In this document: piece by piece, positions 46,770 through 57,009 of the stretch | Layout: the number at the start of each line of letters is the position of its first letter | Position numbering within the stretch: the stretch's first letter is position 1 | Source: Alphaproteobacteria bacterium | Lineage (GTDB): Bacteria; Pseudomonadota; Alphaproteobacteria; MPNO01 | Assembly (NCBI GenBank): GCA_964291675.2 | Contig: OZ219866.1 | Span: forward strand, 2,144,001-2,208,000 | Direction: 5' to 3' | DNA: 64,000 nucleotides | Notes under the pieces: model-generated | Databases searched by the model: none | Seen by the model: the letters and a program-made list of their open reading frames with translations, nothing else | What the model was told of the DNA's origin: nothing | Made by a program: the position numbers and the translations under genes

Positions 46770-48239
46770 TCAGGGCAGGCAGTCGAGATAGGTTTCCATG
46801 TCCCACTCGGTCGTGGTGTGCAGGAAACGCTCCCACTCGTCGCGCTTGTATTCGTCGTACAGGCGGTACATCTCGCCCGGCATCGCCGCCTTGATGACCT
46901 CGTCCCCGGCGAGCGCGTCGAGCGCGTCTCCCAGCGTCATCGGCAGCTTGGTGACCAGCTTGCCCGCCTCCATCGCCTCGTAGATGTTGCGGTCTTCCGG
47001 CGGGCCGGGGTCGATGTCGTTCCTGATGCCGTCATCGGCCGCCTTGAGGATGGCGGCGGCCATCAGATGCGGGTTCACCATCGAGTCCACCGAGCGGTAC
47101 TCGAAGCGTCCCGGCGCGGAGATGCGCAGGCCCGTGGTGCGGTTCTGATAGCCCCAGTCGGCGAATACCGGCGCCCAGAAGCCGGTATCCCACAGCCGGC
47201 GATAGGAGTTCACCGTCGAGGCGCCGATGGCGGTGAGCGCGCCGAGATGCTTCACGATGCCGCCGACCACCTGGAGGCCGGTCTTGCCCGGGAGCTGAAC
47301 GTCGTCGGTATCCGGCAGGAAGGTGTTCTCGCCGCCCTTAAGATACATGAAGTTGCCTTCCATGCCGGGCAGCGGATCGTTGCCGAGCGCATTGAACCGC
47401 TCCTCGCCGCCGCGCCACAGCGAGATGTTGTGATGGCAGCCGGAGGCCGACACGCCCATGAAGGGCTTGGACATGAAGCAGGCGATCAGGTTGTTCTCGC
47501 GGGCGACCTGGGCGCAGATCTGGCGGTAGGTCGTCAGCCGGTCGGCGGTCCTGAGCGCGGTGTCGAAGGTGAAGTTGAGCTCGAGCTGGCCCGGCGCGTC
47601 CTCATGGTCGCCCTGGATCATGTCCAGCCCCATGGCGCGGGAATACTCGATGACCCGCAGGAAGACCGGCCGCAGGCTCTCGAACTGGTCGATGTGATAG
47701 CAGTAGGGGTTGGAGAAGCCGCCATCCGGCTTGCCGTCCTCGCCCCGCTTCAGCCACATCATCTCCGGCTCGGTGCCGTGGCGCAGATGCAGGCCGTCGT
47801 GATCCTCCTGGAACTGGGCGTGGATGCGACGCAGATTGCCGCGGCAGTCCGCGGTGAGGAACGCGCCGGGCTCGTCGCGCTCTTCCCGGTTGCGGAACAG
47901 GGTGCACCAGACCCGCGCGACCCGCTTGTCCCAGGGGAGCTGGCAGAAGGTATCGGGCTCCGGGATGCCGACCAGCTCCTTCTCGTGCGGCCCGTAGCCG
48001 AGATACTCGCCGTGCCGGTTGAGGAACAGGTTCACGGTCGCGCCGTAGACCAGTTGGAAGCCGCGTTCGGCGACGGTTTCCCAATGATCCGACGGGATGC
48101 CCTTGCCGCAGATCCGGCCGGTGATCGACACGAACTGGAGATAGAGATACTCGATGCCGAGCTCGTCGATCCTTGCCCGCACCTGCCTTACCAGATCGTC
48201 GCGTCCGTCCTGTTGCACAAAGGCTTCGATATCCATCAT
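46770..48239 (-). CDS. gmaS: glutamine synthetase family protein, probable gamma-glutamylmethylamide synthetase
   Basis: QLPW, GTEPEM, DHEDAPGQLELN, FMSKPF, NSYRRL, FEYRSVD; first gene before mgsABC. Confidence 0.7.
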   Translation of the reverse strand: MMDIEAFVQQDGRDDLVRQVRARIDELGIEYLYLQFVSITGRICGKGIPSDHWETVAERGFQLVYGATVNLFLNRHGEYLGYGPHEKELVGIPEPDTFCQLPWDKRVARVWCTLFRNREERDEPGAFLTADCRGNLRRIHAQFQEDHDGLHLRHGTEPEMMWLKRGEDGKPDGGFSNPYCYHIDQFESLRPVFLRVIEYSRAMGLDMIQGDHEDAPGQLELNFTFDTALRTADRLTTYRQICAQVARENNLIACFMSKPFMGVSASGCHHNISLWRGGEERFNALGNDPLPGMEGNFMYLKGGENTFLPDTDDVQLPGKTGLQVVGGIVKHLGALTAIGASTVNSYRRLWDTGFWAPVFADWGYQNRTTGLRISAPGRFEYRSVDSMVNPHLMAAAILKAADDGIRNDIDPGPPEDRNIYEAMEAGKLVTKLPMTLGDALDALAGDEVIKAAMPGEMYRLYDEYKRDEWERFLHTTTEWDMETYLDCLP

Positions 48240-48301
48240 GTCGCCGTCCCCTCCTGGCGCGCTTTGCCGACGCTCGTCGCGTCACCCCGGCGGTTGACGC
48301 A

Positions 48302-48493
48302 ACCAATACGAACCATTACATTGGCTCCGATCGAACGATCGCGGGTGACGCGACCGACAGAGAAATATTTAGATATCCTCGGTAGGTCCCGTTTGACAAT
48401 CGGCGTGGCCGGATGACCCGCATTGCTTGAACGGTCGCCAGTCTGCATCGTCGATTGACCAATTGCAAACCAATTTTGCCAATACCAACCAAT
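48302..48493. promoter_or_regulatory. ACCAAT repeat clusters between divergent gmaS and gntR
   Basis: ACCAAT 48302, ACCATT 48312; ACCAAT 48458 and 48469, GCCAAT 48478, ACCAAT 48488. Confidence 0.65.
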
Positions 48494-48537
48494 TAGTGCA
48501 GGGGCGGCGTTGGCGGTGAATCGGGGAGGGTCGGGTT

Positions 48538-49278
48538 GTGGATGACGCGGGCGCGTCCGCGCAGCAGGTTCGACCCGTCGCCGGCCTGCGTCCCGGCGAG
48601 GGCGGCCGCCATGTCGGGCACATCACCGCGCAGCTGCGCGAGGCCATCCGCAGCGGCTTCTACGTGACCGGCGACCAGCTTCCGGCCGAGCGCGAGCTGG
48701 CCGAGCGGTTCGCCACCGCGCGCAGCACCATCCGCAAGGTACTGCTCAATCTGGAGACCGACGGCCTGATCGAGCGGCGGGTCGGCAGCGGCACGTTTGT
48801 GACCTGCGACGACATGGCGATCGATGCCGCGCGCGACATCGTCGGCCGGGTCAGCCCGCTGGAGCTGATCGAAGCCCGTCTGGCGGTCGAGCCGCACATG
48901 ATCCGGCTCGCGGTGCTCAACGCGACGGCCAACGAAATCGGGATGCTGGGATCCATCCTCGACGACCTCGAGCAGTGCCGGAACGACAAGGAGACCTTTT
49001 CCCGGCACGACAGCATGTTCCACGAATGGCTTGCCAGGAGCTCCAAGAACCCGCTGCTGCTCCACCTCTACCAGCAGATCAACGCGGTGCGCGGCCACGG
49101 CCAGTGGGACGCCATGAAGAACAAGATCCTGTCGTCCGAAGTGATCGACGAATACAACCGCCAGCACCGCGCGCTGTACGAAGCGATCAGGCGCCGCGAC
49201 ATCGTCGCCGCCGTGAAGCACATCAACGACCATCTGGAAAAGGCGCGCAAGGACCTGACGGGCGCCGGCGAGATCTGA
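48538..49278 (+). CDS. GntR/FadR family regulator (TmoR-like candidate)
   Basis: LPAERELAERF..ARSTIR, GSGTFV, FCD domain (D..FH, H..LYEAI). Confidence 0.9.
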   Translation: MDDAGASAQQVRPVAGLRPGEGGRHVGHITAQLREAIRSGFYVTGDQLPAERELAERFATARSTIRKVLLNLETDGLIERRVGSGTFVTCDDMAIDAARDIVGRVSPLELIEARLAVEPHMIRLAVLNATANEIGMLGSILDDLEQCRNDKETFSRHDSMFHEWLARSSKNPLLLHLYQQINAVRGHGQWDAMKNKILSSEVIDEYNRQHRALYEAIRRRDIVAAVKHINDHLEKARKDLTGAGEI

Positions 49279-49285
49279 TCGTCCG

Positions 49286-50308
49286 TCAGGCGTCGCAATC
49301 GACCCACACGTCGTCCGACCGCGGCACCGCCTGGCACAGCAGGATGTAGCCCCTCTCCTTGTCGCGCTTCGACAGGATGGTGCTCTTGCGCATCGCGACC
49401 TCGCCGGATTTCCTGATCACCATGCAGGAGCCGCAATGGGCGTCCTTGCAGGAATGCACCGGATCGAGGCCCTGGGCCAGCATGCAATCGAGCAGGGTTT
49501 CTCCGGCTGAATAGGCCACCTCGCGGTCTTCGCCGTCGAGGGTGGCGCGGAAGCCCGCGACGCCGCCGGCTCCGGCGACCGGCTCCGAGTCTCCGGCGCC
49601 GGCATCGTCGTCGGACATGGTGAAACGCTCGATGAACACGTCGCGGTCGTCGACGCCGAGCTCCGCCAGCACGTCCACCGTCAGGTCCATGAACGGTGCC
49701 GGCCCGCAGACGAAGAAGTGGCAATCCGTCGAATCGCCCGCGAACTGCGCGATGCGCTCGGCGTCGGCCAGCCCGGCCTCCGCGTCGAGATGGTGGCGGC
49801 AGCCGAGCCGGCCGGGAAACCGCGCGCCCAGCTCGTCGAGCTCGCGCCGGAAGATGATCTGGTCGTACGCCGTGTTGGCGTAGAACAGTCGCGGCGACAG
49901 CGCGGTCTCGTGGAGCGCCTGCTTGATCAGCGAAATCACCGGGGTGATCCCGCTGCCGCCGGCGAACAGGACCATGGGCCGGTCGGGCCGGCGCATGACG
50001 AAGCGCCCGCTGGGGGGCGCGGCCTCGATGACGTCGCCCGGCCGCGGCACGTCGTTGAACCAGCTGGAGCCGGGCCCGCCCCGGACCCGCTTGACCGTGA
50101 CCTGCATCTCGTCGTCGCAGGCCGGCGCGCTCGACAGCGAGTAGCAGCGCTCGACGGGGCCGCCTGTCGCGGGAATCCGGAAGGTCAGGAACTGCCCGGG
50201 CCGGTAGCCGAACAGCGGCGCGTGTTCGGCTTCCGGCCTGAGCCGGAACGACCGTGCCTGCGGCGTCTCGTCGACGATCCCGCTTATCGTGAGCGGATAG
50301 AACTTCAC
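49286..50308 (-). CDS. FAD/NAD(P)H ferredoxin reductase with C-terminal 2Fe-2S domain
   Basis: RCYSLSS, AGGSGITP, CGPAPFM, CKDAHCGSC..LLC. Confidence 0.9.
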   Translation of the reverse strand: MKFYPLTISGIVDETPQARSFRLRPEAEHAPLFGYRPGQFLTFRIPATGGPVERCYSLSSAPACDDEMQVTVKRVRGGPGSSWFNDVPRPGDVIEAAPPSGRFVMRRPDRPMVLFAGGSGITPVISLIKQALHETALSPRLFYANTAYDQIIFRRELDELGARFPGRLGCRHHLDAEAGLADAERIAQFAGDSTDCHFFVCGPAPFMDLTVDVLAELGVDDRDVFIERFTMSDDDAGAGDSEPVAGAGGVAGFRATLDGEDREVAYSAGETLLDCMLAQGLDPVHSCKDAHCGSCMVIRKSGEVAMRKSTILSKRDKERGYILLCQAVPRSDDVWVDCDA

Positions 50309-50375
50309 CGGTACATCAATGCAACAGGCATTCCACCTCCAAGGGGCGAAGCCACAAACCGCACGCGCCTGCCGG

Positions 50376-51002
50376 CTAGAACGCGGCGGCAGCTTCCCTG
50401 GCTTCCTCGATCACCTTGGCCCGCGTCGCCGCCTGTTCCTCCGGCGATGTCAGCATCGGCTCGACGACCAGCGAACGGACATCCTCGAAGCCGATGAAGC
50501 TGAACAGGAAGTCCAGGTACCGCTTCTGGAAGTCGACCTCGAAGAAATCGGAGGGCGGCATATAGGCGGCGCCGCGCGCAACGATCACCATCGCCGGCTT
50601 GCCCTTGACCAGGCCTTCGTACCCGCCTTCCACCACGGCGAAGGCGAGGTCCGGCTGGACGATGATGTCGATCAGATGCTTCAGCTTGTAGGGAACGTTG
50701 AAGTTCCACATCGGCGTGCTGAGCACGATCTTGTCGGCCGAATTGAACCGGTTGAAGGTTTGCACCACGACCCGCCAGGCATCGGCTTCCCGTTGGTCGA
50801 GCTCGCCGAGATCCAGCAGCCTGTATTTCGCGTCGATCATGGCAATGTTGAGCTCGGGCAGCTCGGTATCCCAGAGATCCATCTTGTCGATCTCGTGATC
50901 GGGATTGGCGGCGCTGTAGGCCTCCAGGAACGCTTCCGCCACGGCGATCGAATGCGACCGCTCCTTGCGGGGCGAGACTTCAATGTAGAGAACCTTGGTC
51001 AT
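50376..51002 (-). CDS. azoR: FMN-dependent NADH azoreductase / quinone reductase
   Basis: SPRKERSHS, PMWNFNVPYKLKHLID, ARG. Confidence 0.85.
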   Translation of the reverse strand: MTKVLYIEVSPRKERSHSIAVAEAFLEAYSAANPDHEIDKMDLWDTELPELNIAMIDAKYRLLDLGELDQREADAWRVVVQTFNRFNSADKIVLSTPMWNFNVPYKLKHLIDIIVQPDLAFAVVEGGYEGLVKGKPAMVIVARGAAYMPPSDFFEVDFQKRYLDFLFSFIGFEDVRSLVVEPMLTSPEEQAATRAKVIEEAREAAAAF

Positions 51003-51050
51003 CTTCAGCCTCCTCTGTTCGTTTTATCGCCCGTCCGGCTCCGACGATCG

Positions 51051-51833
51051 TCAATCGGCCAGAGCGATGGCGTCCCCCTTGCGGACGGGGCCTTCCTTGA
51101 TGACCGCGGCATAGACGCCGGCGAACCCCTCATGCGCCCGGGTCACGTGCCGCAGCAATGCGGGGTCCGTCTCGGCGGTTTCCGGATGGATCGTAATGAA
51201 CTTGCAGCGCGGGTCGCGCTCCACCACCATGACCTCCACCGTGTCGCCGACCTTCACCGTCCTGCCGACGAGCTCGTCTTCGTAGAAGCCGCCCTGCTCG
51301 TTCCAGTCGACATAGAAATTGGCCCGGAACTGCAGCTTGTGGATGTCGCTGCCGGTCTCCTGGCTGAGCTGGTCCACCGTCTGCAGCGAGAACAGCGTCA
51401 CCGGCCGGCAGTCGACGATGTTGCGCTGGGTATGGTGCAGCGCAAGCTCGCCCTCGGACTTGTCCTTGAGGCCTTCCAGGAAGGCCGGGTCCTCGATATC
51501 CACCACCGTGCCGTCGGGGATCTCGACCTCGACCGCGAAGGCGCCCGGGTCCGTCGGGAACGGCGCATGGATGTTGGCGGGATGCCCCATGGCCTCCACC
51601 ATGTTGTCGGGCTTCAGGGTCCCGTCGCGCTGCTTGAAGCGGGCCTGGTAGAGCACATAGTCTTCCTGCTCGCGGGCCGTGTGCCAGGGAAAGGCCTTGT
51701 CGGCTGCGGTCGAAGACACCGCATAGACCCGGTCGCCCATCAAGCCGGTGAAGGCGACGAATATTTCATCGACCTCTTCTCCGCGCATGCTCTTGACGGG
51801 ATAGCGCCAAATGCTCTCCAGCTTTCCCAACAT
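51051..51833 (-). CDS. MOSC domain molybdenum-cofactor protein (mARC/YcbX-like)
   Basis: IWRYPVKSMRGE, GDRVYA, FRANF, PRC (Moco Cys), GVYAAV..G. Confidence 0.88.
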   Translation of the reverse strand: MLGKLESIWRYPVKSMRGEEVDEIFVAFTGLMGDRVYAVSSTAADKAFPWHTAREQEDYVLYQARFKQRDGTLKPDNMVEAMGHPANIHAPFPTDPGAFAVEVEIPDGTVVDIEDPAFLEGLKDKSEGELALHHTQRNIVDCRPVTLFSLQTVDQLSQETGSDIHKLQFRANFYVDWNEQGGFYEDELVGRTVKVGDTVEVMVVERDPRCKFITIHPETAETDPALLRHVTRAHEGFAGVYAAVIKEGPVRKGDAIALAD

Positions 51834-52084
51834 CGATCCCTCCCTCGCGATTATAGGTTGAGTGTCCGCCGCCATCGGTGAAGTCGGTCGCTCTCGCGCG
51901 GCGGCACAAGCGGCGACCCACGGTCCGCAGCCGGTATCGTCATTGCCGAATTCGACCGTGTTCGGCTTGCCGGCAAGCAGGCACACATGGGGTCACCCGC
52001 CTTGGCAGGCATCGTTTCTTCCCACCAGACGCCGACCCCGGGCGATCACCAGCCGAAAATCAGGTCGGCTCTTGCGATTCAACG

Positions 52085-52107
52085 GGGTCGCCGCGCATCG
52101 GCGACCC
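52085..52107 (-). terminator. hairpin downstream of the tdm-nitrilase unit
   Basis: GGGTCGCCG / CGGCGACCC stem; weak U-tract. Confidence 0.4.
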
Positions 52108-52207
52108 GCTCGACTTCGAAGTTGACGCCTTTCGAGGCTATCACCCGGTTTCCGGGGTGTCCAGCCGATGCCCCTGCCCATCGGCGCGCCTGGTTGCCGG
52201 GACACCC

Positions 52208-53053
52208 TCACGCCGCCGCGGTATCCAGCGGCGTCATCGGCGAAATCGGCCGGTCATGGTCGAGCGCCGGTATCCTTCTACGCGCCTCGGCGACACGCCC
52301 GGGGTCGATCTCCGCCAGCACGATGCCCTCGCCCTCGCCGCCGTCGGCGAGCACCGCGCCCCAGGGGTCCACGATCAGCGAATGGGCGAAGCAGGCGCCG
52401 CCCCCTTCGACCTCGCCGTATTGGCATGGCGAGATCATGTAGCAGCCGTGCTCGATCGCCCGGGCGCGGTTCAGCACGTGCCAGTGCGCCTTGCCGGTCT
52501 CCCTGGTGAACGCGGCCGGCGCCGCCAGCATGATCGCCCCGTCCCGGGCGAGCTGGCGGTACAGCGGCGCAAAGCGCAGGTCGTAGCAGATCGACAGGCC
52601 CAGCCCGCCCCACGGCGTCTCCGCGACGACCGAGCGGTCGCCGGGCGCTATCGTCGCGGATTCGGTGACGGGACCGGATTCGAGCTCCACGTCGAACAGG
52701 TGGATCTTGTCGTAGCGGGCAACGATCCCGCCATCGCCGTCGATAACATAGGCCCGGTTGGAGATGCGCCCGTCCGGGTTCACCACGCCGAGCGAGCCGA
52801 GCAGGAACCAGACGTTCCGGTCCCGGGCCGCCCGTGCGAAGGCCGGCAGCACCGGATGCTCGGCTTCGGCAAACGCGGTCGGGAGAAACAGCCCGTTCTC
52901 GGTGCGCAGCCCGGAGAAATACTCGGGCGTGCAGATCAGCCGGGCGCCCGCCTCCGCCGCCTCGCGCGCGAGCCGGAGCGACACGTCGATGTTGAAATCG
53001 ACATCCGGCGTCGCGTTGTTCTGGATACAGGCCGCGACGAATTTCTTGGACAT
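52208..53053 (-). CDS. Nit1/Nit2-like carbon-nitrogen hydrolase (amidase)
   Basis: TPEYF, YDKIHLFDV, SICYDLRF, HWHVLNRARAIE, HSLIVDPWG. Confidence 0.9.
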   Translation of the reverse strand: MSKKFVAACIQNNATPDVDFNIDVSLRLAREAAEAGARLICTPEYFSGLRTENGLFLPTAFAEAEHPVLPAFARAARDRNVWFLLGSLGVVNPDGRISNRAYVIDGDGGIVARYDKIHLFDVELESGPVTESATIAPGDRSVVAETPWGGLGLSICYDLRFAPLYRQLARDGAIMLAAPAAFTRETGKAHWHVLNRARAIEHGCYMISPCQYGEVEGGGACFAHSLIVDPWGAVLADGGEGEGIVLAEIDPGRVAEARRRIPALDHDRPISPMTPLDTAAA

Positions 53054-53088
53054 CCGGTGCTCCCGCCGGCGTCGCGCCGGGTCTTGGC

Positions 53089-55485
53089 TCAGGCCTTCAC
53101 CCGCGACTTGGTCGGGTCGTAGAAGGGGAAGGGCACGACCTTCGCCGGTATGCGCTTCTGGTGGCCGTCCAGCTTGCCCACCTCGACCGCCGTCCCCTCC
53201 GCCGATGCCGTCACGTCCATCCGGCAGAGCGCGATATTCCGGCGCAGGACCGGCGAGCGCATGCCGCTGGTGATGACCCCGACCTGGGCGCGGCCGACAT
53301 GGACGCAATCGCCGTGCGCCGCCGCCTCCTGCCCCTCCAGCTCGAGCCCGACCAGCCTGCGCTGCGGCGTGTCCTTGCGCCGGATCAGCGCCTCCCGGCC
53401 GACGAAATCGTCCTCTTTCGACTTGAGCGGCACGGTAAAGCCGATGCCGGCCTCGAACGGATCGGTCTGGTCGTCGAACTCGTAGCCGGCGAAGATCAGC
53501 CCGGCCTCGATGCGGACCATGTCGAGCGCCTCCAGGCCGAAGGGCGACAGGCCCTCGGACTCGCCGGCCCGCCAGATCGCGTCCCACACCCCGGCGGCGT
53601 GGCGCGGATGGCACCACACTTCGAAGCCCAGCTCGCCGGTATAGCCGGTGCGGGAGACGACGATCGGGATGCCGTCGTGATCGCCGATCCGGCCGATGGC
53701 GAAGCGGAACCAGCCGAGCTCCTCGATGGACGGCTGGACCGGCGGCGTCCACACCACCTGCTTGAGGATGTCCCGGCTGGCGGGCCCCTGCACGGCGACG
53801 TTGTGGAGCTGATCGGTCGACGAGCGGACCCAGACGTTCAGCCCGAGCTTCGCGGCTTGCTCGCGCATCCACTCGCCGCCGTAATCGCAGCCGCCCACCC
53901 AGCGGAAATTGTCGTCGCCCAGCCGGAAGGCGGTGCCGTCGTCGATCATGCCGCCGGTCTCGTAGCACATCGCGGAATAGACCACCTGCCCGGTCGCCAG
54001 GCGCCGGACGTTGCGGGTCAGCACCCATTGCATCAGCCGTTCGGCGTCCGGCCCCAACACCTCGAACTTGCGCAGCGGCGACAGGTCCATGATCGCGGCG
54101 CGCTCGCGGCAGGCCCAATATTCGTCCAGCGCCCCCCGATTGGTGAAATCGCTGGCCAGCCAGTAGCCGTTGTATTCGGTGAAGTTTCTCGTGTGTTCGG
54201 CAAACCGGCCGTGGAACCCGGTCTCCCGGGTCAGCTTGGGATCGGCGTCGGGAGTCATGCGAAAGGCCACCGCTTTGGAAAACACGTTCTCGCGGGGATA
54301 GACCCGCACGTGGATATCGGTCGGGTTCCAGCCATTGGCGGCGTCGATGTCGTCGGGGCAGGCCGAGGAGACGCAGACGAGGTCGGTCATCGCCTGCAGC
54401 AGCACGTAATCCCCCGGCCGCGACCAGGGATCGTCGAACACCGCCCGGTCGGCATCGAAACCGGTGTTGAAGAAGAAGTTGAGCGCCATCCAGCCGCGGC
54501 GCGGTGCGATCCCGAAGGGCGCGAGCGCGCCGTTGAAGTTGTCGGTGCAGTTGACGTGGCCGGGATAGCCCATGTCGTCGTAGTACTTGGCCGTGCAGGC
54601 GTAGAGGAAGCTGTCGTGCCGGCCGCAGGTGTCGCGGATGACCTCGACCATCGGCTGCAGGTTGACGTCGTAGCATTTCGACAGCAGGCCGGGCGCCGGG
54701 TAGGCGCTGCCCATCAGCGTGCGGGTCGCCGTCGCGTCCAGGCAGTACTCCTGCCCCGCGTCGAGGCCGGCGACGGTGAACGCCTGGAAGTCCGAGCATT
54801 CGCGGCCCTGCACGTCGATGATCTGGATGAACTCGCCCGCCTTCACCTCGTAGGCTTCGGCGGTGCGGGCGGCGATCCGCCGGTCGATCCTGGGGTCGGC
54901 CAGGGGTTCGGGCACCGGGTGCTCGTCCGGCGCCACCGGGTTGGCGCGCGTAACGAAGATCTCGACCGGCGTCGGCGGGTCCTGCCGGTCGACGCGCATC
55001 GGGCCGCCCGGCGCGGCGACGAAGCAGACCAGCGGGCGTTCGGCGCAAAGGCTCGCCTCGTCGCCCGGGCGCGACTCGCCGCCCAGCACGTCGATCGAGC
55101 GCGCCGCGGCGATGTCGAGGCCGCGCCGCTGCAGGCTTCCCGCCAGCGACCGGGACCGTTCGCCGCCGGCGCCCAGGATCGACTTGAGGCCCGCGGCGGA
55201 CCCGCTCACGGCGCCACCCAGCGCTTCGGTATCCGGCGAACCGTCGGGCGCGAAGGCGGCGATCTCGGCTTGCTGCCGGCCTTCGCGGTCGCGCAGCGTG
55301 AGCCCGTCGCCCGGCTCCAGCGAGAAGACGGCCGCCGCGCCGCCTTCGGCAACGTAGCGCTCCACCCCGAGCCCCAGCGTCGGCACGCCGGGGACCAGCA
55401 CGGCGCCGGCCCGGGACGGTTGCAGCGACAGCGGCGGTTGCGAATTGCGGCCGTCAGGCATGGCAATGCTCCCCGGCTTGTCCAA
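53089..55485 (-). CDS. tdm: trimethylamine N-oxide demethylase (DUF1989 + GcvT)
   Basis: GRECSDF, DTCGRHD...ACT, HVNC, SACPDD, GWNPTDIHVR, then DLSPLRKFEV and SRTGYTGELG; start may be 55461. Confidence 0.9.
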   Translation of the reverse strand: MDKPGSIAMPDGRNSQPPLSLQPSRAGAVLVPGVPTLGLGVERYVAEGGAAAVFSLEPGDGLTLRDREGRQQAEIAAFAPDGSPDTEALGGAVSGSAAGLKSILGAGGERSRSLAGSLQRRGLDIAAARSIDVLGGESRPGDEASLCAERPLVCFVAAPGGPMRVDRQDPPTPVEIFVTRANPVAPDEHPVPEPLADPRIDRRIAARTAEAYEVKAGEFIQIIDVQGRECSDFQAFTVAGLDAGQEYCLDATATRTLMGSAYPAPGLLSKCYDVNLQPMVEVIRDTCGRHDSFLYACTAKYYDDMGYPGHVNCTDNFNGALAPFGIAPRRGWMALNFFFNTGFDADRAVFDDPWSRPGDYVLLQAMTDLVCVSSACPDDIDAANGWNPTDIHVRVYPRENVFSKAVAFRMTPDADPKLTRETGFHGRFAEHTRNFTEYNGYWLASDFTNRGALDEYWACRERAAIMDLSPLRKFEVLGPDAERLMQWVLTRNVRRLATGQVVYSAMCYETGGMIDDGTAFRLGDDNFRWVGGCDYGGEWMREQAAKLGLNVWVRSSTDQLHNVAVQGPASRDILKQVVWTPPVQPSIEELGWFRFAIGRIGDHDGIPIVVSRTGYTGELGFEVWCHPRHAAGVWDAIWRAGESEGLSPFGLEALDMVRIEAGLIFAGYEFDDQTDPFEAGIGFTVPLKSKEDDFVGREALIRRKDTPQRRLVGLELEGQEAAAHGDCVHVGRAQVGVITSGMRSPVLRRNIALCRMDVTASAEGTAVEVGKLDGHQKRIPAKVVPFPFYDPTKSRVKA

Positions 55486-55514
55486 ACTACCCTACCGGCG
55501 CGACGTTGCCGGCG

Positions 55515-56211
<697 letters not shown>

Positions 56212-56222
<11 letters not shown>

Positions 56223-57009
56223 GGCCCGCCCCGCTGTCGGCGGCCGCCCCGAGATAGGCCTCGATCACCGCCGGATCGTTGCGCACCTCCTCCGGCGCGC
56301 CTTCGACCAGAAGAGCGCCGAAATTCATCACCGTGATGGTGTCGCACAAATTCATGACCGCCTGCATGTCGTGCTCGACCAGCATGACGGTGACGCCGCC
56401 GTCGCGGATGCGCCGGACCAGCGACATCATGCGCCGGGTCTCCTGCGGGTTCATGCCGGTGAACGGCTCGTCCAGCAGCAGCACCTTCGGCTCCGCCGCC
56501 AGGGCGACCGCCATGCCGAGCATGCGCTGGTGCCCGTGCGACAGGTTGGATGCAAGCTCTCCGGCCAGGTCTTCGAGGCCGAAGAAGGCGAGCGTCTCCC
56601 GCGCCCTGGCGTCGGCGGCGCGTTCCGACGGCCGGTCGGTGCCGAGCAGGCGGCTCGCGAACCCGGCTCGGGCGGCGAGGTGGCGGCCGACCCGGACATT
56701 GTCGAGAACCGAGAGCTCCTGGAACAGGGTCGAGCCCTGGAAGGTGCGCACCAGGCCCATCGCGGCCAGCGCGCTGGTCTTGCGGCCGGAAACGTTGCGG
56801 CCGCGATAGAGGACCTGGCCCGCGTTCGGCGCGTAGAAGCCGCTGATCACGTTGAACGTCGTCGTCTTGCCGGCGCCGTTCGGCCCGATCAGCCCGTGGA
56901 TCGCCCCCGCGCGGACGGCGAAGCTGAAATTGTCGACCGCCACGAGGCCGCCGAACCGGCGGATCAGCCCGCGCGCCTCGAGGATCGGCTGCTCGCCCGG
57001 ACCGCTCAT
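56212..57009 (-). CDS. LivG-type ABC ATPase
   Basis: [33 protein letters not shown]. Confidence 0.92.

Noticed and set aside
48458-48493. Short tandem ACCAAT units as a CRISPR or iteron array
   Set aside because: Units are 6 bp with ~4-bp gaps, and there are no spacers, cas or rep genes; better explained as operators
49286-50308. Reductase as the reductase subunit of DMA monooxygenase
   Set aside because: No heme oxygenase subunits or DmmD-like gene in the window; the architecture is a generic FNR-ferredoxin, so the symbol is not assigned
52110-52125. Near-palindrome TCGACTTCGAAGTTGA as a MerR-type operator for MOSC-azoR
   Set aside because: About 275 nt from the start codon, with no matching extended-spacer promoter or cognate regulator in view
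52208-55048. 946-aa ORF suggesting a tdm-nitrilase fusion
   Set aside because: The upstream part is an alternative frame of tdm; tdm has its own stop at 53089 and the amidase starts at 53053
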